Assembly: GCA_937925845.1 (NCBI GenBank)
Contig: CALAML010000045.1
Coordinates: 1,616 to 65,615, forward strand
Direction: 5' to 3'
DNA: 64,000 nt
Source of the DNA: an uncultured Acidimicrobiales bacterium
GTDB lineage: Bacteria; Actinomycetota; Acidimicrobiia; Acidimicrobiales; CALAML01
The translations under genes and the position numbers were made by a program. How positions within the stretch are numbered: position 1 is the first letter of the stretch; each line of letters begins with the position of its first letter. The notes beneath the pieces are model-generated. The model worked only from the letters and a program-made list of their open reading frames with translations, had not been told where the DNA came from and made no database searches. This document shows, piece by piece, positions 1 through 6,791 of the stretch.

Positions 1-1
1 C

Positions 2-373
2 CACCTGCTCGAGCGACGCGGCAACATCGTCAACATCGCCTCCAACGCCGGGCTAATGGGCCAGGCCTACACCGTGGGCTACTGCGCCTCGAAGGGGGCG
101 ATCATCCAAATGACCAAGGCCATGGCCATGGAACTGGCCAAGCAGCCCATCCGGGTCAACGCCGTTGCCCCGGGCGGGATCAACACCCCGTTGGTGGCCA
201 ACTACGAGATGCCTGAGGAAGTCGACTTCGCGCTCATGGCGCCCTACACCGGGTTCCGCGCCATGTCCGAGCCGGAATCGATTGCCGCCGCAGTTGCCTT
301 TGTCGCCTCTGATGAGGCGTCGAGTGTGCACGGCTCAATCTTCTCAGTGGACAGCGGGCTGACCGCAAGCTGA
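2..373 (+). CDS. short-chain dehydrogenase/reductase (SDR) family oxidoreductase, C-terminal part (5' end lies outside the window)
   Basis: The frame is open from the window edge. It reads ...NIASNAGLMGQAYTVGYCASKGA...IRVNAVAPGGINTPL, which is the SDR catalytic YxxxK segment followed by the conserved PG region. Stop TGA at 371-373. Confidence 0.85.
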   Translation, partial: HLLERRGNIVNIASNAGLMGQAYTVGYCASKGAIIQMTKAMAMELAKQPIRVNAVAPGGINTPLVANYEMPEEVDFALMAPYTGFRAMSEPESIAAAVAFVASDEASSVHGSIFSVDSGLTAS

Positions 374-465
374 AAGCCGACCCCGCTTCCCTCGTCCCGC
401 TTTTCTTCGGCGGCGCGGTTTCGCAGTACCTCGGTGCTGCGATTGCGGTTGGTCTCTTCGACGAG

Positions 466-1341
466 ATGGAACCGGCAGGAGTAGCCGGTCTCCGCATCGT
501 GTTCGCCGCGGTGATCGTGGTGGCCTGGCAGTGGTGGGGGAGTCGGAGCCCCGATGCCGTTCCGGCTGGCGCGCTCGACCCAACGGACCCCGCCGCCACA
601 GGGTTGATGGCTCGGGTCGGTCGTGATCGTGACGAATGGGCCGACATCGTGGCCTTCGGGCTGGCGTTGGCGGCCATGAACGTGTCTATCTACCTGGCCA
701 TCAGCCAGCTGCCGCTCGGCACCGCGGTCGCCATCGAGTTTCTTGGCCCGGTCTCGGTGGCGGCCTACGCGGCCAGAACCGCTCGCAGCTGGGTGGCCTT
801 GGTACTCGTTGCCGGTGGGGCGACGCTGATGGCCAACGTGGTGTGGGCCGGAGGAGCTACGGGTGTTGCCTTCGCCCTGGTCGCAGCGCTGGGCTGGGCG
901 GCGTACATCGGGTTGGGCTGGCGCATCGCCAACCACGAGTCGCCCGCTGATGCTCTCGCCGCGTCCTTTGCCGTGGCCGCGCTGATCGTGCTTCCGCTGG
1001 CGCTGATCTACGGCGGCCCAGCGGGCCGCTCGGCCCGCCTCCTCGGGCTCTGTGTTCTGGTTGGGTTGGTATCGAGCGTGATTCCGTACCGGATCGACCA
1101 AGTTGTGCTGGCGGCCATGTCGGCCGGGACCTTCGCTCTGCTCCAGGCTCTGTTGCCGGTGGTGGCGCTTATCATCGGCGTCATCGTTCTCGGTGAGCGA
1201 CCCGGCCTTGCCGAGCTGATGGGCTTTGCTGCTGTAGTGGCGGGTATCGCCCTTCGCGATCCGGTCAGCGGGTTCGGAGAGACCGGGGTTGGTGGGCCAG
1301 AGGGGGCACCCGAGGAGCGACCACCGCCCCCAGCAGGCTGA
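466..1341 (+). CDS. EamA/DMT-superfamily transporter
   Basis: Multi-helix hydrophobic ORF with the duplicated EamA-like pattern (…AIEFLGPVSVAAY… and …LPVVALIIGVIVLGERP…). The N-terminus is uncertain. The frame is open back to 316 and encodes a helix-like LVPLFFGGAVSQYLGAAIAVGLF, but no ATG/GTG/TTG lies there. Confidence 0.8.
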   Translation: MEPAGVAGLRIVFAAVIVVAWQWWGSRSPDAVPAGALDPTDPAATGLMARVGRDRDEWADIVAFGLALAAMNVSIYLAISQLPLGTAVAIEFLGPVSVAAYAARTARSWVALVLVAGGATLMANVVWAGGATGVAFALVAALGWAAYIGLGWRIANHESPADALAASFAVAALIVLPLALIYGGPAGRSARLLGLCVLVGLVSSVIPYRIDQVVLAAMSAGTFALLQALLPVVALIIGVIVLGERPGLAELMGFAAVVAGIALRDPVSGFGETGVGGPEGAPEERPPPPAG

Positions 1342-2419
1342 CGCCGGCATGAAGAGCGTGGGCGGCAACCAACCCGGCGGCCCGCTGGCCTGGAGTGGTA
1401 ACGCTGTGGAGCGGCTCGACGTCGCCGAGGGCCCGATCCCGAAATGCGGCGACAAAGGCTGGGTCGGTGATCACCAGCCCCACCTCCTCATTGCAGCGAA
1501 AGCTGTGGCGACCGAAGTTTGATGAGCCAACCAGAAGCTTGGTCGGGCCACCCTCAGGACCGTCGTCGGCGAGAACGAACTTCTCGTGGAAGAAGTCGGG
1601 ATAGGTCACCAACTTCACACCGGCCCTTACCAGTCGATGGCGAAGGTAGGGATCGGTGGCCCGTATGGCGGCGAAGTTGTTCACCTCCGGGCTGATCAGG
1701 ATGCGCTCGCTCGCCCGTGACCGCTCAAGGGTTCGGACCAGCGCCAGGTCGAGAGCGTAGGGCGACGAGATAATCACCCGCTGCTTGGCATCGCTCACGA
1801 TGGATTCGAACGTCGACTCCACAAAGCGGTTGGTGATAACCGGACCATCGATCGATCGGCGCTCACCGCGTTGGGTTCGGGCGAAGTCCTCAGCCAGCGT
1901 CGCCACCACCGTCGGGTCAGTGATCTCGATGTTGAAGTCTCGCCAGGCATAGTTGTGATCGCTCACGTTGATGCCGCCGAGGTAGGCCACATCGTCGACC
2001 ACAAAGATCTTCTTGTGATTTCTGGTGGCGGCAAGCAACCCCGCGAGCCACGGGTTGGTAAAGGTCACCGCGGCCCCGGCTCGGGTCAGCCGGCCAAACA
2101 TGTCGCGGGTAGCGGCGGCTTCGGCCTGTACCGAAGCCCGCCGGGCCGGCGTGTCGGAAAGCACGTGGGCCGCATAGCAGTCGATCAACAGCTCAACCGT
2201 GACGCCCCGCCCAGCCGCTTCGATCAGGGCCTGGGCCAAAGCCAGCCCCGCAGTATCGCCGTCGAAGGTCATGACCTGAATCAGCACCCGGTCCTCGGCC
2301 GTTGCGACCCGGTCTATCAGACGGCCACCAAAGGACTGATTGTCGATCACGCCCATGGTCGGGGCAGACCGGGTGTCTCGGGTTGGGTTTGGCGCCGAGT
2401 CGGTGGGCATCTTCACCAA
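1265..2419 (-). CDS. phospholipase D-like (two-HKD) protein, cardiolipin/phosphatidyl-transferase superfamily
   Basis: The translation has two HKD motifs: NHKKIFVVDDVAYLGGINVSD and FHEKFVLADD...LLVGSSNFG. The start may instead be the internal Met at 2356. The 3' end overlaps the convergent EamA gene by 77 nt. Confidence 0.85.
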   Translation of the reverse strand: MVKMPTDSAPNPTRDTRSAPTMGVIDNQSFGGRLIDRVATAEDRVLIQVMTFDGDTAGLALAQALIEAAGRGVTVELLIDCYAAHVLSDTPARRASVQAEAAATRDMFGRLTRAGAAVTFTNPWLAGLLAATRNHKKIFVVDDVAYLGGINVSDHNYAWRDFNIEITDPTVVATLAEDFARTQRGERRSIDGPVITNRFVESTFESIVSDAKQRVIISSPYALDLALVRTLERSRASERILISPEVNNFAAIRATDPYLRHRLVRAGVKLVTYPDFFHEKFVLADDGPEGGPTKLLVGSSNFGRHSFRCNEEVGLVITDPAFVAAFRDRALGDVEPLHSVTTPGQRAAGLVAAHALHAGVSLLGAVVAPRVPPLAHQPRSLRTR

Positions 2420-2465
2420 ATCCGGGCGACAAGTGCGTTGGATCGGAGCTGAAGCTGAGCGGAAG

Positions 2466-2723
2466 TTACTTCAGGTTCTTTACGGTGCGCTCGGCCCGGC
2501 GAATCCGGCCACGCTGGCGGCGGTTGCGGCCACTCATTGCCTGGGCCTGAGCCTCGGCTTTTTCGGCCCGTTTCTGGGCCCGTCGCGCCCGTTCTGTTGC
2601 GTTGGTGAGTGAGGCCTCGGCCAGACCGAGCTTGGCCTCGGCCCGAGCCAACCGTTCCGCGTTGGTGCGGAAGTCGATCAGCCCCAGCGTCAGAAGTGAA
2701 CCGGTCTTTCGAACAGCGCCCAT
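2466..2723 (-). CDS. small basic helical protein, hypothetical
   Basis: 85-aa ORF rich in Arg/Lys/Ala/Glu (…AERLARAEAKLGLAEASL…RAQKRAEKAEAQAQ…). It has G/C-rich third positions like its neighbours. I recognise no family. Confidence 0.45.
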   Translation of the reverse strand: MGAVRKTGSLLTLGLIDFRTNAERLARAEAKLGLAEASLTNATERARRAQKRAEKAEAQAQAMSGRNRRQRGRIRRAERTVKNLK

Positions 2724-2915
2724 GGGTTGACCCTACCCGCCCTGAGGGTGTGGTCACGACGACCCCTGGGTTGGACCAACCGCCTCTGGGTTCTGACCCC
2801 GACCGTATGGCCCGTTAACATCGCAGGATGCACCCGGTCAGGTCGATGCAGGCCCAATGCCCCCGAGGACACCGCTTTCTAGCGCAGTGTCTATCCGCGT
2901 CCCCCAAGGTGTGCG

Positions 2916-4670
2916 GTGATCACTGACCCCCAAACCGCGTCTGCGCTCATCCTTGGGTCGGCGCTCCTCTGCCAGTGGCTCGGGGCCCGGCTACGGGTTC
3001 CGTCGGTACTGTTCCTCCTTCTGGCCGGCGTGGCCGTCGGTACGGTGGTCGACCCCGACGAAATCTTTGGCGAGATCCTGTTCACCGGAGTGTCGTTTGG
3101 CGTCGCCATCCTGTTGTTTGAGGGCGGAACCAGCCTCGACTGGAGTGCTCTCGGGTCAGCGAAGAACCCGGTCCTTCGCCTGGTCACCATCGGCGTGCTC
3201 GTGTCATGGGTCGTCGGCATGGCCGCCTCGTTGGTGCTCATCGACATCGATCCCAAGATTGCCGTGCTCCTCGCGGCCATCCTCACGGTGTCGGGCCCGA
3301 CGGTGATCATGCCCCTCCTGCGGGTGGTGCGACCACGCGAGCCATCCGGCTCGGTTCTGCGGTGGGAAGGCATCCTGATCGACCCGGTTGGGGCCGGCCT
3401 GGCCATCGTGGTCCTCGACGCCATCATCGAAGATCGGTCGCTCACCGCCATCCTGATTCGCATCGCCACTACTTTCGGTGCGGGTGCCGCCACCGGGCTG
3501 ATCTTCACCGCGGCACTGATCGGCGCCCTGCGAGCCCGAATTGTGCCGGACCATCTCCACATCCCCATCACCCTTGGCGCCGTCATCGGCGCCTTTGCTG
3601 TGGCCAACCTGTTGCGGCCCGAAGCCGGTCTGCTCGCGGTGACCATCCTCGGTATGGGCTTCGCCAACCAGAAAAACACACCGGCCGGTCACATCACGGA
3701 ATTCAACGAGAACCTTGGCGCGGTGGTGCTCGGTGTGTTGTTTGTGGTGCTCGGGGCCCGGATCGATCTGGGTGAAGTGGCCGATGGGCTGCTGCCCGCG
3801 GCGGCGCTGGCGGTGGTCCTGATGGTCATCGCCCGCCCACTCGCGGTGCTCGCCTCGACCGTCGGCACCCAGCTCCGCGCCCCCGACCGAAAATTTTTGA
3901 TGGTGATGGCCCCCCGAGGGGTGGTGGCCGCTGCGGTGGCGTCACTTTTTGCCATCGAACTCGAACACGAAGAAATCGACCCCGGACCGTTGGTCCCCAC
4001 CGTGTTCACCGTGGTGGTGGTGACCGTGGCGGTGGCCAGCCTGGTCGCCAGAGCTGCAGCCCATCGACTCCGGGTAGGTACCCCCGACCCCCGAGGGGTG
4101 GCGCTGGTCGGCGGAAGCCCGTTCGCCATGGGGTTGGCCCGGGCCCTTTCCGGCCTCGGCGTGCCGACGATGATGATCGGCCTCAACGAAGAGTCGGCGA
4201 GCGAAGCGGCGATGGAAGGCCTGCTTGTCTACCAGGGCCGGCTCGACAGCCCGGTCTTCCACGAAACGGTGATGGCGGTGGGCATCGCCAAAGCGGTGGC
4301 GCTCTCTGGCACCGACCATCTCGACGCCTACGCCACCGGTCGGGTAGCCGAAGAAGTTGGCTCGTCGAACATCTACGGACTCCCAGCTAATGAGAGCGCC
4401 TTCGAAGACGAATCACCGGGGCACGCTCGCATGATTCTCCCCGAATACTGTACGCCTGAACTTCTTGATGTGGCCTTTGGCCAAGGAGCGTCGGTCGAAG
4501 TGTTTGAGGCTCCGTGGGTACCAAACGATGGCTGGCTTGCCGTATGCAAGGTTCTGCCCGACCACACCGTGACGTTCCGCACCGATGGCACCGATGCCGT
4601 AGCCGGTGAGCACGTAGTGGCCCTCGGGCCCGGCGTGGCCAAGGTGGTGGCGGTCGAGGAAGACGGATGA
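2916..4670 (+). CDS. cation:proton antiporter (CPA1/NhaP-type Na+/H+ exchanger) with C-terminal RCK/TrkA-like domain
   Basis: GTG start. The N-terminal ~400 aa are polytopic, with exchanger-like segments (LLLAGVAVG, LFEGGTSLD). The C-terminal ~180 aa are soluble and resemble TrkA-N/TrkA-C regulatory modules. Confidence 0.85.
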   Translation: MITDPQTASALILGSALLCQWLGARLRVPSVLFLLLAGVAVGTVVDPDEIFGEILFTGVSFGVAILLFEGGTSLDWSALGSAKNPVLRLVTIGVLVSWVVGMAASLVLIDIDPKIAVLLAAILTVSGPTVIMPLLRVVRPREPSGSVLRWEGILIDPVGAGLAIVVLDAIIEDRSLTAILIRIATTFGAGAATGLIFTAALIGALRARIVPDHLHIPITLGAVIGAFAVANLLRPEAGLLAVTILGMGFANQKNTPAGHITEFNENLGAVVLGVLFVVLGARIDLGEVADGLLPAAALAVVLMVIARPLAVLASTVGTQLRAPDRKFLMVMAPRGVVAAAVASLFAIELEHEEIDPGPLVPTVFTVVVVTVAVASLVARAAAHRLRVGTPDPRGVALVGGSPFAMGLARALSGLGVPTMMIGLNEESASEAAMEGLLVYQGRLDSPVFHETVMAVGIAKAVALSGTDHLDAYATGRVAEEVGSSNIYGLPANESAFEDESPGHARMILPEYCTPELLDVAFGQGASVEVFEAPWVPNDGWLAVCKVLPDHTVTFRTDGTDAVAGEHVVALGPGVAKVVAVEEDG

Positions 4671-6670
4671 CCCCGCCGCCTTCCGATGCAGCAACACCGG
4701 CGGCTGGGCCACAACCGCTCTGGTCGCCCAGTCCGGAACGGGTGGCTGCCACCCGGCTGACACAGTTCATCGAACACATTGCTGGCACCGGGGCGCCGGT
4801 TTCTGACTACAACACGCTCCACACCTGGTCGGTCGCACAGCCAGAGGCATTCTGGTCGGCGATCTGGGACCACGGAGGTGTGATCGGCACCAAAGGAGAA
4901 CGGGGCATGGAGCGAGCCGAGCGGCTTGGCGACACCCGCTTCTTCCCCGATGCCCAACTCAACTTTGCCGAGAACCTTCTGGACGGTCGAGGCATGGCCG
5001 GCGACCAACCGGCGCTGATCTTTCGAGGTGAGGTCGGTGCCGAAGACGTGACCTGGGACGAGCTCCGGGCCCGCTCGGCAAGCATTGCCGGAGCCCTGCG
5101 CCAAGCCGGAGTCGAACCGGGGGACCGCGTCGCCGCCTGGCTACCCAACATTCCCGACGGCTACGCGCTGATGCTCGGGTCGGCGGCGATCGGCGCCACC
5201 TTCACCTCAACATCGCCGGACTTTGGTGCCACCGGAGTCATCGAGCGATTCGGCCAAACGACACCAAAGGTCCTGGTGGTGACCGATGGCTACCACTACG
5301 GCGGCAAAACCCACCGGATCGTCGACCGGGTTGCCGAAGTCGTTGCCGAGCTCGATTCGGTGACCACGCTTGTGGTCGTTCCCTTTCTTGCGCCCGAGGA
5401 CGCGTCGGCCAACGTCGACGAGCTGGCTCGGAGCCTCGATGTCGACGTGGTTACCTTCGCCGACTGGACCGCGCCCCACACCGACGCCGCCCCGTCCTTC
5501 GTGCCGCTCCCATTCGACCATCCGCTTTATGTGCTTTACAGCTCCGGGACCACCGGCAAGCCCAAGTGCATCGTGCACCGGGCCGGAGGGGTCCTGCTCA
5601 AACATGTTGCCGAATACCAGCTCCAAGCCGACATCGGCCCCGGCGACCGAGTGTTCTACTTCACCACCATGGGCTGGATGATGTGGAACTGGCTGGCCAG
5701 CGGCCTGGCTGTGGGGGCCACCCTGGTGCTCTACGACGGCAACCCGGCCTACCCCGACCACAACCGACTCTTTGATCTGGTCGACGAGACCGGCATCAAC
5801 CTGCTGGGCACCTCGGCCGGGTTCCTCACCTCGCTGCGAAAAGCAGGCCTCCGGCCCGCCGACACCCACGACCTCTCCAGCGTTTCGGTGATCTGTTCCA
5901 CCGGCTCGCCACTGGCCCCCGAAGGTTTCACCTACGTGTACGACGCAGTTTCGGCCGATGTGTCGCTGGCCTCGATGTCGGGCGGGACCGACCTTTGCGC
6001 CTGCCTGGTAGGAGGCAACCCGAACGGCCCAGTGTTCGCCGGCGAACTGCAGGCCGCGGTTCTGGGTCTCGACATCGATGTGGTCGATGACGACGGTGAG
6101 TCCTGCGGCACCGATCAGGGCGAGCTGGTCTGTCGGAACGCCTTCCCCTCGATGCCGCTGTGCTTCTGGGACGATCCCGACAGTGAGCGCCTGAATGCGG
6201 CCTACTACGACCGGTTCCCCGGCCTCTGGCACCAGGGTGACTTTGCCGCCCGAACCGACAACGGCGGGTTTGTGATCTCCGGTCGCTCCGACGCCACCCT
6301 CAACCCGGGCGGTGTGCGCATCGGCACCGCCGAGATCTACCGGGTTCTCGAAGAGATCGACGAAGTCCTCGATGCCATCGTGGTCGGCCAACCCCAAGAG
6401 GCAGACACCCGCATCGTGTTGTTTGTCCAGACCCAACCCGGCGTAACCCTCGACGATGCCCTGGTGCAACGCATCCGATCCGAGATCCGCACCGGTGCAT
6501 CCCCCCGCCACGTCCCCGCAGTTGTCCTAGCTGTCGACGACCTCCCTCGAACCCGATCCGGCAAACTCGTAGAGCTCGCCGTCCGCGACGTCATCTGCGG
6601 CCGCGAACCAAAAAACCTAGAAGCCCTAGCAAACCCCGAAGCCCTAGAGCAGTTCAAAAACCGGGTCTGA
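4667..6670 (+). CDS. acetoacetate-CoA ligase (acetoacetyl-CoA synthetase)
   Basis: 667 aa. AMP-binding signature YSSGTTGKPKCIVH. The N-terminal ...HTWSVAQPEAFWSAIWDH... region and overall length are typical of acetoacetyl-CoA synthetases. ATGA overlap with the antiporter gene. Confidence 0.85.
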   Translation: MTPPPSDAATPAAGPQPLWSPSPERVAATRLTQFIEHIAGTGAPVSDYNTLHTWSVAQPEAFWSAIWDHGGVIGTKGERGMERAERLGDTRFFPDAQLNFAENLLDGRGMAGDQPALIFRGEVGAEDVTWDELRARSASIAGALRQAGVEPGDRVAAWLPNIPDGYALMLGSAAIGATFTSTSPDFGATGVIERFGQTTPKVLVVTDGYHYGGKTHRIVDRVAEVVAELDSVTTLVVVPFLAPEDASANVDELARSLDVDVVTFADWTAPHTDAAPSFVPLPFDHPLYVLYSSGTTGKPKCIVHRAGGVLLKHVAEYQLQADIGPGDRVFYFTTMGWMMWNWLASGLAVGATLVLYDGNPAYPDHNRLFDLVDETGINLLGTSAGFLTSLRKAGLRPADTHDLSSVSVICSTGSPLAPEGFTYVYDAVSADVSLASMSGGTDLCACLVGGNPNGPVFAGELQAAVLGLDIDVVDDDGESCGTDQGELVCRNAFPSMPLCFWDDPDSERLNAAYYDRFPGLWHQGDFAARTDNGGFVISGRSDATLNPGGVRIGTAEIYRVLEEIDEVLDAIVVGQPQEADTRIVLFVQTQPGVTLDDALVQRIRSEIRTGASPRHVPAVVLAVDDLPRTRSGKLVELAVRDVICGREPKNLEALANPEALEQFKNRV

Positions 6671-6684
6671 CTGGTTCTGGTTCC

Positions 6685-6790
6685 TGCCCTCCGGGCGGGC
6701 CGTTGCACGGAGCTTTTGGCTGGCAGGAACCCCAAAGGCCCCCGGGAACCCTTGGGGTTCCTGCTCCGACGGGTTCCCTTGCACCGGAGC
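6685..6790. repeat. intergenic repeat element, copy A (same family as 37332-37418 and 37508-37553)
   Basis: TGCCCTCCGGGCGGGCCGTTGCACGGAGCTTTTGGCTGGCAGGAACCCCAAAGGCC recurs almost base for base at 37332-37390. The 15-mer CCGACGGGTTCCCTT (6766-6780) is identical at 37396-37410. Confidence 0.75.
6723..6764. terminator. hairpin inside repeat copy A, candidate bidirectional terminator between convergent genes
   Basis: GCAGGAACCCCAA (6723-6735) pairs perfectly with TTGGGGTTCCTGC (6752-6764). It lies between the stop of the + strand ligase gene (6668-6670) and the stop of the - strand S1 gene (6792-6794). There is no clear U-tract. Confidence 0.45.
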
Positions 6791-6791
6791 T

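Noticed and set aside
244-1455. 403-aa - strand ORF, plus similar long ORFs antisense to called genes (for example 5207-6511 -, 9859-11442 +, 24722-25828 -, 43445-44560 -, 46048-47046 -, 60260-60877 -).
   Set aside because: Each lies entirely opposite or out of frame to a gene with clear family motifs. Their translations are Arg/Gly/Pro/Ala-rich with no motifs. Such stop-free shadow frames are expected in high-GC DNA.
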